A stretch of DNA of 64,000 bases from Octopus bimaculoides (Eukaryota), in assembly GCF_001194135.2 (NCBI RefSeq), contig NC_068983.1:163943813-164007812 (forward strand), written 5' to 3'. This document shows positions 27,167-40,149 of the stretch, one piece after another. The notes beneath the pieces were generated by a model. The model saw nothing but the letters and a program-made list of their open reading frames with translations. It was not told where the DNA came from and did not search any database. The number at the start of each line of letters is the position of its first letter. The stretch's first letter is position 1. Position numbers and translations under genes: made by a program.

Positions 27167-28319
27167 AAAGTTGAGTGTCGATGTATTGAATTTTGTACAT
27201 ATATTTATTTTATATATTGAAATTTACCTCTTAGTTCGAGGAAAGAGAACAAAAGTCTTGCTATTACCATTAACAAGTCTCTGTAAACAGGAGATCGTTG
27301 CAAAATATGAATAAACAGTTTCTTAAAACACACATGCCTATCATTGAACGATGACGGGAATATCAAAAGAGGGACCTGTCTTACATGTCAGTTCGCAGCG
27401 TCTGCGTATCTGGTCACTGCTGCTGCTGAGGAGGAGATAACCACTCCGAAATGCATGCATTCAACAATCTGTTTAGGGAGAACTGTGGGCTGGCTCGCTG
27501 TATTTACATCGAGTCAGTCTACAGCGAGAAATGTTTTCTGTGATGCTGAATAACTTTCTTTCCGGTTCGAATATGCCTCCGGCATGTTTGAACTGGCAAC
27601 AATTTTAAATTAGCGCAGTCACCCTGTATAATATATGTCTGTGTTTATGGGGTGGGTATGAGGTGTGAAGAAGGGACAGTATCTTTGGCAGTGACCCTGC
27701 TGATCACTCTCCAGCACAGCTCGTCTGCAGCTGGCTCTCTCTATTACCAAATTCTTACTTGCAGGCCCACAATCTATATGTATCTAGTTCGCTTCCTTCT
27801 GGGCAACGATCCTAAAGGTCTGTCGCTTTACACATGTCAAGACTGCGTCCTTGGCAGAGTGTGTGCAGGAAACCAAACCAGCAGTGTTCAAGTTTTGACA
27901 ACTTGAAAGCTGATATTCGGCAACGTAGCGGTGTGTCGCTACGTCAGAGCACAATGAGACGCCTAGATCGTCGTGGTCATCTCACTCTATCTCTGATATA
28001 TAGCCAGTCGTGGTAATAGCAAGAAACCATTGGTCAAGGACAAAATATCGAGGTTAGACACCGGATACATTCGTCTCTCATGATTACCCATAATACAGAG
28101 CAATTCTAATCTCAAACTTTTTAGAAACATAATCAGACGACGAGACTTCCGCTACGGAGATCGGAGTATTACACGCGTCAGCTATCCATTTGTTCGGCAA
28201 TTTCCGTAGAAAAATTTTGTTTCTTTTAATTTTTTTCTGCTGAACAATGAAAAACACGATCTACACACACGCGCGCGCACACAGACACACACACAGACAC
28301 AGACACACACACACACACA

Positions 28320-28359
<40 letters not shown>

Positions 28360-28460
28360 AATTGTCTTCTTGCCCACAAGCGAGTTCAACTGAAATATAC
28401 ACTCGGACATACACTCGCATACACACTCATATATACATACATATATATACATACACATGT

Positions 28461-28785
28461 GAAGGCGCAATGGCCCAGTGGTTAGGGCAGCGGACTCGCG
28501 GTCATAGGATCGCGGTTTCGATTCCCAGACCGGGCGTTGTGAGTGTTTATGGAACGAAAACACTTAAGGCTCCACGAGGCTCCGGCAGGGTTGGTGGCGA
28601 ACCCTGCTGTACTCTTTCACCACAACTTTCTCTCACTCTTTCTTCCTGTTTCTGTTGTACCTGTATTACGTTAAGAGTACACGTGTCTGTGGAGTGCTCA
28701 GCCACTTACACGTTCATTTCACAAGTAGACTGCTTCATAGATCGGATCAACTGGAACCCTCGTTGTTGTAACCGACAGAGTGCCA
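28461..28785 (+). mobile_element. tRNA-derived SINE family B (Arg-like head)
   Basis: ggcgcaatggcccagtggttagggcagcggactcgcggtcataggatcgcggtttcgattcccag; tail cggatcaactggaaccctcgttgttgtaaccgacagagtgcca. Confidence 0.85.
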
Positions 28786-29498
28786 CATGCACATACATAC
28801 ACAAATACACATGCATATTTTATATTTTCAAAAACCGCTTACGCTTATACATGTAGGAATGTATGTACGTATGTGTGTATGTATGTATATATATGTATAT
28901 TTGCGTATGTGAGTATATGTATGTGTTTATGTGCTTGCATGCATCTTTATGTATTTATAGGTCTGTGTATGAGCTGAAAAAAAAAATAAAGAAAATAATA
29001 TTTTTAACGGAAATTGCCGAACAAATCACTTCAGTTTGGTGATACCATCTCCGAAGGATAGCTCGCGTGTCTGTGATAACGAAATGCTGGGCTTCCGTTG
29101 TTTCCTGGCATGTGACTGTATTTTACATTGGTGATTCTTTCTAAGAAGCACTGCTGGAATTTCTCAACTGCAGTCTTTGGTCATCTTCGAAAACGAAGGA
29201 AGAATACGAGCTGTATTTGTATGTAGACGCATGTATATATATAATGTTGTACATATTTCTGGACGGAGAAATTGTTCTGAAAATGTAATATTTATCGAGT
29301 ATTCTTTCCTCTCCCGTCTAACGTTTACAACGACGTGTGCAAGTATATATGCGTGGTGTGTGTGCATGAATTATACGTATGTATTATCTTGTATGTAAAT
29401 GTACACACACACACACACACACACACACGCACGATCACAAACTTAGACCCACATTCATCCACACACATACATGTAGTGAGACAAAGAGAGAAAAGATT

Positions 29499-29539
<41 letters not shown>

Positions 29540-30226
29540 GGGAGAAGAAGAGCGAGAGGAGAGAATGAGAGCGAACTGAAGAGACGAAACGTGCTTATTG
29601 CTTTAGCAGTGGAAGAGAAACTACTTGCCAGGTCTGAGCAATGTTTCGCTTCTCCATGTCATTGATTTCGTGTCGATACTTTCTCTAATGCGGTCTAAAT
29701 TTAACCGGGGCATATTAATTCCATTTCCATACGCATGCCCTAACAATGGTTCCAAAGATACACAAATTGTTGTTTATTGTTGTCCTACTGTTAGCATTAC
29801 TCCCTAGGTCAACAACCCCACCCCGCCCGCCTTCGTTCATTTCATTTATCACCAATAAAAGTGTAACATTTGAATTGACAGCAATCATTTTAAGTGTAGC
29901 CAACAATGTGATGTTCCTGGCCTGTTTTACCACGTTTTGTCTTTTATTTATTTCACTACAAAATAACAAATATTCCCCTCTATGTTGTTTGTCCAATCAT
30001 TTTTATTTCAAATAATGTTTTGAATTGCTATTCTTTGTCATACGTTGATAAACAGCAATCTCTCGTTGGTTTCTTGTCGTTTGTCATCATCATAACATTC
30101 ACATCAGTTTAACAGACGAGACAACGAGGCAATATCGTATGACAATATTTCAATTTTTATTACTGATGCTAGAAACTATATTCTGGTCGTGATTATAATA
30201 TGTCTCTCACACACTCATATATATAT

Positions 30227-30271
<45 letters not shown>

Positions 30272-30865
30272 NNNNNNNNNNNNNNNNNNNNNNNNNNNNN
30301 NNNNNNNNNNNNNNNNNNNNNNNNNNNNNNNNNNNNNNNNNNNNNNNNNNNNNNNNNNNNNNNNNNNNNNNNNNNNNNNNNNNNNNNNNNNNNNNNNNNN
30401 NNNNNNNNNNNNNNNNNNNNNNNNNNNNNNNNNNNNNNNNNNNNNNNNNNNNNNNNNNNNNNNNNNNNNNNNNNNNNNNNNNNNNNNNNNNNNNNNNNNN
30501 NNNNNNNNNNNNNNNNNNNNNNNNNNNNNNNNNNNNNNNNNNNNNNNNNNNNNNNNNNNNNNNNNNNNNNNNNNNNNNNNNNNNNNNNNNNNNNNNNNNN
30601 NNNNNNNNNNNNNNNNNNNNNNNNNNNNNNNNNNNNNNNNNNNNNNNNNNNNNNNNNNNNNNNNNNNNNNNNNNNNNNNNNNNNNNNNNNNNNNNNNNNN
30701 NNNNNNNNNNNNNNNNNNNNNNNNNNNNNNNNNNNNNNNNNNNNNNNNNNNNNNNNNNNNNNNNNNNNNNNNNNNNNNNNNNNNNNNNNNNNNNNNNNNN
30801 NNNNNNNNNNNNNNNNNNNNNNNNNNNNNNNNNNNNNNATATATATATATACACATACATACATA

Positions 30866-31209
30866 TAAGGCCAGCTCAACGTACCGGCAACTCGGGCAGT
30901 CGCCTGGCGCGCCATGTGCCCGGAGCAGGGGTAGGTCCAAGAAGGGCGTGACAAAGACAAGGAAGTTTTCCGGACGGTCAGCTTGTACACGTCGAAGTTC
31001 AGCTTGCCCAGGGCACCAGCAACCATAAGGCCAGCCCTGTATACATACACACATACATACATACATACATACATACATACATACATACATACATACATAC
31101 ACTAGCGCAGCTACGGGTGGTCCACCCCGGGCGGCACTTTTCATCCTGTTGTAGGTTATTGCTGTAGGCAATATGTGGGCTCTGGGGGCGGCACATGTAC
31201 TAACCACGC

Positions 31210-31214
<5 letters not shown>
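30866..31214. mobile_element. Two small GC-rich MITE-like inserts (30866-31039, 31100-31214) in a (TACA)n tract
   Basis: The first ends ggccagccctg (reverse complement cagggctggcc, hAT-like). The second has an 8-bp terminal IR cactagcg/cgctagtg and gccgccc-type subterminal motifs. No TSD was verified. Confidence 0.4.
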
Positions 31215-31249
<35 letters not shown>

Positions 31250-31257
<8 letters not shown>

Positions 31258-31430
31258 GAGAATATACAAAAAATAACAACAGACGAGGACAGGTGGTGTA
31301 AATAACAAAAGTATATATTAGTATGACGCTCGGGAATACGGAAAGTCTTTGACGTTTCGAGCTACGCTCTTCAACAGAAAGAATACGGAGACAAGGAGAA
31401 AAACACGGAGAAAAAAAATTGAATAGTGTT
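31250..31430 (-). mobile_element. Probable Penelope-like element terminal-repeat remnant
   Basis: Contains the hammerhead-like motif. The downstream sequence (gactttccgtattcccgagcgtcatactaatata...) resembles 43530-43625. It abuts (TA)n. Confidence 0.5.
31346..31382 (-). ncRNA. Minimal hammerhead-like motif with variant core (CUGUUGA)
   Basis: Minus strand reads TCTTT CTGTTGA A GAGC GTA GCTC GAAAC GTC AAAGA. Stems I and II are perfect, with a GUC triplet and loopless stem III. Confidence 0.6.
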
Positions 31431-32157
31431 CAGTCTCCCTCAATCTTCGTTGATTACTATATCCGACGTCCATTCAAGAGTTGAGCTCACTTGAACGAGG
31501 AATTAAATATTTTTCTCGGAGGCCAGAACAGAATGTTTGGAATCTGAAGTCGATTGTTTACTGTTTCATTGACATGTCGAATATTTTATTGTTTCATTGA
31601 GCTTGTATTGAAACTGAGATCAATTATGGATGGTAGTGTTCAGCGGAAGGGAAGATTTACTTCATGCGTCGATGCCATAAAACCGTGATAAACTCCTTGT
31701 TTTAGGAACATTACCTGTACAAGTTTGCGCATGTGGTATGAATTTATACATCCATGTATGTGTGTATATATGCTTGAATGGTCTCTGTGTATGTGTAGTG
31801 TGATATATGCTGTGTACATGTATGTGTGTAAGCGGTCGTTTATTGATTATTTACATCAACCATTGCTGCTGATCAACAGGTACATTTTACCTCCCCTTAT
31901 TTTTCCTTCCATATTGAATAAACTATACTTATTGGTACTGACCCAGAATCAACTAATCGATACACTAGTAGCACACAATTAGACATTAGGAGCAATAATA
32001 GATGTTACTTCGCTCTGCAATAGCTTTCCTTCGATTCTGGTAGCATTTCAAAATGAAGTCGTCCTGCTGTATTTTTCTTTATCTTTCATCATCACTGCGT
32101 TTTTTTTGATTCGGAAAAGCTTAAATAGCACAGAATGAATAGCAGATCTGTAAAGAA

Positions 32158-32196
<39 letters not shown>

Positions 32197-32483
32197 TAGA
32201 AGACGAAGAAGAAGAAGAAGAAGAAGAAAAAGAAGAAGAAGAAGAAGAAGAAGAAGAGTGACTGTTGCAAATCAGCCACAGTGCCTAATACTCCAACTTC
32301 TTTTCATTTTAAATCTTGTTTATTAGGTTATTGCTAAAAATAACGCTTAAAAACCTGGCTTTTGACGACTGGCTTCCAATATGGCGAATCTTCTTTTGTA
32401 TTCCAGAAAGATGGGAGAAAAAATTATGTTGTTTGCAGGTTATTTGTTGTTTGAAAATATATTTATATATTAAAAAAGTGTTT

Positions 32484-32546
<63 letters not shown>

Positions 32547-32784
32547 TAGGTAGGAGGGTATGTAAGTGGGTAGGTAAGTACGAACGTATACATAGGAGGT
32601 AATATTACTTGGAATCGAACGTAAACAAGTTCAAAAGCGATTTGTTTGTATTGGACCCTCTCCTGTTGAGTTCAAATAAGTTTTACGATATCGCGAAGAA
32701 TTATTATTTATTCTGCATTGTCTCACTTCGAGTGGTTGTCAAAAATAGGCAACAGTTCATTACATAAAAAGTTGTTATTAATAA

Positions 32785-33000
32785 TAGATCCGCGGCGAGC
32801 AGACAGAGTCGTTAGCACGTCCGGTAAGATCCTTATCGCCATTTCCTCTGTCTCCACGTTCTGTCTTCAAATTCCACCGGTGTCGACTTTGCCTTGCATC
32901 CTTTCGGGGTCGATAAATTAAATATCAGTTAAATACTGGGGTCGATATAATCGACCAGTCCCCACCCCCAAAATTTCAGGTTTTAAACCTTTAATACAAA
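32785..33000 (+). mobile_element. SINE family A
   Basis: gttagcacgtccgg...ttcaaattccaccggtgtcgactttgccttgcatcctttcggggtcgataaatt. Confidence 0.75.
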
Positions 33001-33499
33001 GGATTAAAAATAAATCTGCGCCATAACCGGGGAAGATTAACGTCATACATTTAAAACCATATCACCGTTGCTCAGCTAAATTTGTGTCTTGGAAAATTCA
33101 GCGGAGACAGTGGCATAGGTAATAAGGGAGTAAGGGGTGAGACCGCTCCACCCACCCCAAGTGCATTTTTTTAAAATTGGCACCTTTTCAACCATTAAAA
33201 AAAACATTTCTTTAGTTCACTTCAGGAATAAAAGTCGAATCACTTTTTTTTTTTTGCTCATCCCATGGCCGTGGAAGAAACTTCTGGTGTCATTATTTTA
33301 TTTGACCAACCTTCTGCGTATTTGAATTGTCTGCTCAATCGCCCATGATGTGTTGGTGGCCACTAACATCTGAAGAATTAGACGTCACAACCTCGGGACA
33401 TTGTGATGGAAACTTGAAACTAATGAAGGGAGAACACAATTACGTATATTAATTAATAATGAAAGATTTTACAAAATATAAGCGATTTATATTTACAAT

Positions 33500-33875
33500 T
33501 GTATTATGTTTACAATTCACGCAAGACAAGGCCCCGATACAATGCGTCCCCTACAAAGGTGGAGATCACATCACATAGGAAAACTGCGACACAATTTCTT
33601 CACTGCAAATGGTCCTGGATTTTTCAATGTAATCCCGAAAGAAATTCAAGTCGAAAAAGATCCCACAACATTCGAATGGCACCTGGACAAATTCCTCCTT
33701 GAAATACCGGATAAACCACCTACGCCTGGATACGTCTCAACCAACAACTCTCTGCTTGAGTGGCCCATGGTGTCCCGAAATAATCATTTAAAAGACTTTT
33801 CCAGGTGGTGCTATTGAGTTGGTCATGGCTTGGGCTGATAATGGCCGAACCAAATCTCTAAGTTATCTAAGTTAC
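33500..33875 (+). mobile_element. 3' end of a CR1/L2-group LINE
   Basis: ORF 33506-33817 contains RHNFFTANGPGFFNVIPKEI...FEWHLDKFLLEIPDKPPTPGYVSTNNSLLEW, typical of LINE ORF2 C-termini. A short tandem tail (ctaagttatctaagtta) follows. Confidence 0.65.
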
Positions 33876-35140
33876 GTGTCACAACGCCTTTTTTTTTTAA
33901 GTGCTCGATCTCACTAACTTTAGAACCTGGCCTCTGACTGGAGATTGGAGAAATTGATCATTGAAACATTTACATTGCTTCCTGTAACCATTACTGTGTT
34001 GTATCAGGGACAGTGTTACTGATATTTGCACAGGCTCGTCCATTTTGCAATAAATTGTAATCCTGTAGATGTTCTATTCCGAGAACATTCATACAACTGA
34101 AGATCTCTTCCGTTTTTAAACATGGTTCATTCCGTGATATGTTAATCTTGCAATGAATGACTACTTTAATTCCATTGTTAGAAATAAATCTACTTTATCA
34201 TTTCAGATTGTGAGAACACATTACATAGAATTGAACAAAATACTGTTATTGTTATATGCATTAATATTGTACATTGACAAACATTTCTAAATAGAAAGTT
34301 CAGTTATGCACACACAATAAAACAATTCGCACAGCCATCTGTATATATATATATATATNNNNNNNNNNNNNNNNNNNNNNNNNNNNNNNNNNNNNNNNNN
34401 NNNNNNNNNNNNNNNNNNNNNNNNNNNNNNNNNNNNNNNNNNNNNNNNNNNNNNNNNNNNNNNNNNNNNNNNNNNNNNNNNNNNNNNNNNNNNNNNNNNN
34501 NNNNNNNNNNNNNNNNNNNNNNNNNNNNNNNNNNNNNNNNNNNNNNNNNNNNNNNNNNNNNNNNNNNNNNNNNNNNNNNNNNNNNNNNNNNNNNNNNNNN
34601 NNNNNNNNNNNNNNNNNNNNNNNNNNNNNNNNNNNNNNNNNNNNNNNNNNNNNNNNNNNNNNNNNNNNNNNNNNNNNNNNNNNNNNNNNNNNNNNNNNNN
34701 NNNNNNNNNNNNNNNNNNNNNNNNNNNNNNNNNNNNNNNNNNNNNNNNNNNNNNNNNNNNNNNNNNNNNNNNNNNNNNNNNNNNNNNNNNNNNNNNNNNN
34801 NNNNNNNNNNNNNNNNNNNNNNNNNNNNNNNNNNNNNNNNNNNNNNNNNNNNNNNNNNNNNNNNNNNNNNNNNNNNNNNNNNNNNNNNNNNNNNNNNNNN
34901 NNNNNNNNNNNNNNNNNNNNNNNNNNNNNNNNNNNNNNNNNNNNNNNNNNNNNNNNNNNNNNNNNNNNNNNNNNNNNNNNNNNNNNNNNNNNNNNNNNNN
35001 NNNNNNNNNNNNNNNNNNNNNNNNNNNNNNNNNNNNNNNNNNNNNNNNNNNNNNNNNNNNNNNNNNNNNNNNNNNNNNNNNNNNNNNNNNNNNNNNNNNN
35101 NNNNNNNNNNNNNNNNNNNNNNNNNNNNNNNNNNNNNNNT

Positions 35141-35195
35141 ATTTGGCTTTGAGAAGCCTTATTTCTCAAGATTGGTATTTAGGTAGTGCGTTACG
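35141..35195 (-). mobile_element. Fragment of the (TACA)n-associated R4-like family, cut off by an assembly gap
   Basis: ttgagaagccttatttctcaagattggtatttaggtagtgcgttacg matches 38870-38916 and is followed by (TATG)n. Confidence 0.75.
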
Positions 35196-35450
35196 TTAGT
35201 ATGTATGTATGTATGTATGTATGTATGTATGCATGCATGTATGTATGTATGTATGTATGTATGTATATACGGTCTGACGAAGGAAGCATGCCGAAAATTT
35301 GTAGTTATTTTCCACCATTGCCATGTAAAAGTCTAATAAGCAAGTATCCTACGAAATGTATTCAGTTAAAGTCAAATATTTTGATACATACGTTGACATA
35401 AAAACAAGCATTAATATTCACAAACATACACACAGACTCACATGCATACA

Positions 35451-35482
<32 letters not shown>

Positions 35483-36599
35483 AGCGATAAATAGATATAA
35501 GTATTATTTTATGCGAATTTACATGTATTACAATTAACTATTTCTCATAATGTCTCATTCATACAAAGAAATGAATGGGCAGTGTGTGTCTTGAGTTATC
35601 CAATTCGCCTTTCAGCTTTTCGAAGTCGATGCACAAATTTCCATTCCACTAATAGGGTTGGTGCCTATCTTTCTTTCTTTCACTTCCCCCTCTCTCTCCC
35701 TTTCCGATAGAAAGCATCAGTGGTCGGACCTCGAGGCTGATAAACTCTGCTAGGTTTAGATGCCCGAGACTACCGTATGTCACGTTGGCACCACTTCAAT
35801 ACCATTAGCAGGTGTTAAGAGCCTAAAGCAACCGACACATTTCATCTAATATCTTCCAAACAATTCTATTGAATCTAACATAGTTATTCCAAAAAGGGCA
35901 ATAAGTATTTAGATAAAATGTTTATCTAAAGATTTCTAATTAAATCGTTCCCTAAACTAATTTAAATCGTTCCTTAAACTAATTTTTCAGTGAAACCGAT
36001 AGTCTTCGGAAACTGAATTACAAGCAGTAAATAGTTTTGCATCATAAAACATCGACTCTGAAATCCATCAATTGTTTAACAGGCAACTTCATCTACAGTA
36101 AATATTAAATGTAGATTGTTGCTTAAGGTTTTTATACTATTAATGTAAACTGCTTTTGTTGCAATACTTTGTGTACAGCTAAACCTAATTTAACATTATT
36201 TCTATTTAGAATAAATATTCCCGAGTCTTCGTTTAATATTCATCTAATAAGTAAAAGAGGTCCTAAACAATACGTAAAACTTATATTTATATGAAATGAG
36301 GCAGTGAACCAAGTAATTTTAAGTTTTTTATGTTTGTGTCCGATAATTGATATTATATATACGACTAGTTTTATGCTTAAACCGGCATTGTTTGTAAGTT
36401 TTATTGTTATAAGGGGTTATGTTATTGAAGAAAGCTCTCTTGGATCAAATATTGGATAACAGTAAAGTAATAGTTTTTCATGCTTAATTAGCAATTATGT
36501 CGCTGAATGATTTGGGTATCATTATATATATATAATATTTATAAACAAACCAGAAGGCTTTGTAAGTTATTATGATATATTATTATAGCTATTATTGTT

Positions 36600-36646
<47 letters not shown>

Positions 36647-36659
36647 TTATTTATATATA

Positions 36660-38498
36660 CAGTATCTCACAGATGTATGTACACCCCTAAAATATTTCAG
36701 TAAAATTGCCATTACTCTGATAATATCGAAAGAAACCAAACGAAATTTATCCCGAATAAAATATATTATACAAGCAAACATACAAATTTGGAATACAAAA
36801 CAATAAATATTTTTAAAGATATGAACGAAAGATTAATTTTCAAACGATACAGAATATGTACATCCAATAGGGTTATTTGTTATATTCAGTATTTGGTGTG
36901 ACCGCCCTTGCTTTCAATGACTGCATTAAGTCCTCTGGGCAAAGAGTCGACTACGTTTCCGCATATAACCGATGAAATCGGCCTCCATTCATTCTGAATG
37001 ATATTTTTCAACTGTGTTACATTGCGGGTTTTTTTTTCTTCAACTTTCCTTTTCAAAACACCCCACAGATGTTCTATTGGGCTTATATCAAGTGACATGG
37101 TAGGCCAAAGCAATACCTTTGTCTTTTTTATCTGATAAAAACTTAGTCGTTTCCTTTGAAGTGTATTTAGGGTCATTATCATGCTGGAACATGGATTGTC
37201 TTCTTAGTTCCTTGATGCTTTTCAACATTGTTTTCTGCGATATGTCACAATAAGGCTTTGAATACATTATTCTCTCAATAAATGTGAGTCCTCACACACC
37301 AGCCACACTCATGCATCTCCAAAGCATTACACTTTCGCGGCCGTGTTTCGCGGTAGGTACGGTGCATTTGTCGCTGTTATCTTCACCTGGTCGTTGCCAT
37401 ACTCATTTAATACCATCTAAATCAAACAAGTTGATTTTAGTCTCGTTAGAAAAAAGAATTTTTATTCCAAAACTCCTTACCCTTACTCACATAGGTTTCG
37501 GCAAAAGAAAGACGACTTGATTTATGCCTGGTAGTGAGGAGAGGCTTCCTACGAGGAATGCGTCCATGAAGACCACACTGTTTCAAACGTCGGTGAACTG
37601 TTTGGACGGATACACTCTTTCGACAAAAGAAAGACAATTGTTGGGCCAAAGATGAAGCAGTACGACGCCTGTCGTCCATCACGCAACGTTCGATGTGGCG
37701 AATATCACGCGCAGTTAAAATAGAAGGACGACCTGGACGATGTTTATTGCTTAGCCGTCCAATAGCTTTGTAGTTCTGAGTAACTTTAATAACTGTTTAC
37801 GCTAATACGTATTCGTTTTTCTAATTAATTTGTATCCTAAACAATTCTTGAGCAAATTAAAAATAATTTTCTTCAAATCTTCAAACAATTCTTTTCTTTT
37901 TGATGCCATTTTAATCACAATGAAGAAGATTTTCACCACGGTACACAAATCAGAATTCCTGCAGATGCAGTAACAATAACCGGTGCAAAAATGCTAGGAG
38001 AAATTATTTATTAGAATTGAAATTATCAGCGAAATCTAAATTTAGTAAAAAAATAAATAGATGAAACATTGAATATAACAAATTTCCTTTCAGATGTACA
38101 TATTTTTGTATNNNNNNNNNNNNNNNNNNNNNNNNNNNNNNNNNNNNNNNNNNNNNNNNNNNNNNNNNNNNNNNNNNNNNNNNNNNNNNNNNNNNNNNNN
38201 NNTTTATTAGAATTGAAATTATCAGCGAAATCTAAATTTAGTAAAAAAATAAATAGATGAAACATTGAATATAACAAATTTCCTTTCAGATGTACATATT
38301 TTTGTATCGCTTGAAAATTAATATTTCGTTCATATCTTTAAAACCGTTTAATGTTTTATGTTCTAAATTTGTGTAATGTTTGCATGTATAATATATTTTA
38401 TTCGGTATAAATTACGTTTGATTTTCTTCCATATTATCAGAGTAACCGCAATTTTACTGAAATTTTTTTAGGGGTATACATACTTCTGTGAGATATTG
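36660..38498 (-). mobile_element. Tc1-family DNA transposon with ~200-bp TIRs (IR/DR type)
   Basis: Left end TA|cagtatctcacagatgtatgtacacccct and right end aggggtatacatacttctgtgagatattg|TA. The inverted similarity extends over ~36660-36864 and ~38289-38498, with TA target dinucleotides at both ends. Confidence 0.93.
36886..37909 (-). pseudogene. Frameshifted Tc1 DD34E transposase
   Basis: ATG at 37909 (MASKRKELFEDLKK), then GRPSILT, TVHRRLKQCGLHGRIPRRKPLL, NETKINLF, FQHDNDPKYT and SLDISPIEHLW...GGHTKY*. There are 34 residues between D and E after correcting a 1-nt slip in an A run. Several frameshifts and stops are present. Confidence 0.9.
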
Positions 38499-38514
38499 TA
38501 TATGTATATACATG

Positions 38515-38916
38515 TGTATGCCTTACTTCAAGATTTCTTGCCAATAGAGAAAGAACCGGTTCCTAACCTAGATTCAAGGTGCCTTCATTGGAATTTCAAC
38601 ATCAATAACAGGATATTTTTGCTTGTATGTATGTATGTATGTATGTATGTATGTATGTATGTATGTATGTATGTATGTATGTATGTATGCATGTATGTAT
38701 GTGTGTATGTATGTTTTGCTTTATGTATGTATTCTCATGCATAAAGTTACATATCTAGACATGCTCATATATATTTAAATGATAAACTTCTGGAAAGTTT
38801 TACAGATTTTTACAGTTCCAGTGATGGATTGGATCTGTAGTCTTCGAATTAGCTTTCACCTTTGTGGTTTTGAGAAGCCTAATTTCTCAAGATTGGTATT
38901 TAGGTAGTGTGTTACG
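38515..38916 (-). mobile_element. Short 3' fragment of the (TACA)n-associated R4-like family
   Basis: Reverse complement matches ~21566-21937 (ORF end, internal microsatellite, tail gttgaaattccaatgaagg...tctaggttag.aaccggttctttctctatt). The 5' end abuts (TATG)n. Confidence 0.85.
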
Positions 38917-40149
38917 TATGTATGTATGTATGTATGTATGTGTGTATGTATTATGTATGTATGTATGTGCGTGTGAGTGTGTGAGTCTGTGTGTTTAGCT
39001 TTGCATTTAGTTTCTTAAAAGATGGAAAGTTGTTGTAAAGCTAAGGTTATATTTAGAAAATTAAACTCAAATATTGATACTAGAATGGATAGATATATTC
39101 ATTACATCAAAATTCGATTGTTTTCACAAAGTGTTACTCTAGGCTGGGCTGTAGGTCGATCTCAACTGGAGATTTTAAGTTTAAATATATCAAGGAAATC
39201 TCTTCTGTTCTGTGGCTTTGATGATGGCCAAAACATTCAGGGTATAATGATATCTATCCAGATATTTTCTCATAAGTATATTTATGAAGATATTTTTTGA
39301 GTGGATATGCATGTAAACCAGTAAATATATGTTTACATTATTAATGGGGCAGTTGACAAATGTATGTACCATGAATCCGTGTGTAAATTGCTTTTCTAAA
39401 CAAGTATTTACTGAAAGAAAGCCCAGGTTATGCCGGTTGTATATTTAGTCTCTGCTTCACTGCATCTGTTGTTTATACGGGAATAGGCGGTCTCAGAACT
39501 GATAGATAATGTTGATTCATAATGCACAAACTCACTTTGCAGACAATTTTATTGCGGAAGCTTATTGGTGAACCTCTCCCCTGATGAATCAGAAAAAAAA
39601 AGCATAATTATTTAATGGCATTCTAAATTTTTTCAACTCGGTTTCACAATGCTTTATATATTATACCACTTTCATAATATTAAATCAGAGTTGGAGTAAA
39701 TTTATATCACGATGAATTTATCAGCTTTACATGAGAATCGGACAAAGATCCGTTTCCAAGTTGATTCCCTAAAAGATTATTTGAACGCAGTTTCATCCAT
39801 ATCACAGTCGAGAACAAGTTACAAAAATTTCTCTCACTTCGTCACACAATTTCCTTATATTTCCTACCATAAATAGCAAATTTACCATCTACCATTTTGT
39901 TTGGCTTCACAAATACTATACTTCGTACCTTCTACAGACACACGAGTAATTCCATCGGTGCCATTAGCAAATTCAATGAATATGATTCCTGGTCTTTTAT
40001 CTCTTCGCTTCTATTTTTGTCCTCTTACTTGACAATCTAGTGCCATCAAGTCATGGTAGTCTGTTCCAAATGCTTCCAGCAGATCGAGTTTCGCTAAATT
40101 CAGCCAAGGGGCGGAAGGAATGTGATGTACCTAATATCTTCAAAAATGA

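Noticed and set aside
29746-30015. ORF with a signal-peptide-like start (MVPKIHKLLFIVVLLLALLP)
   Set aside because: Only weak donors and no recognisable homology. T-rich DNA easily yields hydrophobic ORFs. It also lies downstream of the 10674 exon, so it cannot be that exon's leader.
30189-31279. Long ORFs spanning N gaps or microsatellites (also 8367-8978, 16510-17002, 25934-26524, 34300-35169, 57689-58912, 59931-60422)
   Set aside because: Artefacts of N runs and di-/tri-/tetranucleotide repeats (poly-HT, CV, YI, I, L); no coding signal.
35271-35305. Hammerhead-like CTGACGA A GG...CC GAAA motif
   Set aside because: Stem II is only 2 bp, stems I and III are not convincing, and there is no second copy to support it.
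38008-38306. ~105-bp exact direct repeat either side of a gap inside the Tc1 element
   Set aside because: Identical sequence flanking an N run is typical of unmerged contig overlap; likely an assembly artefact.
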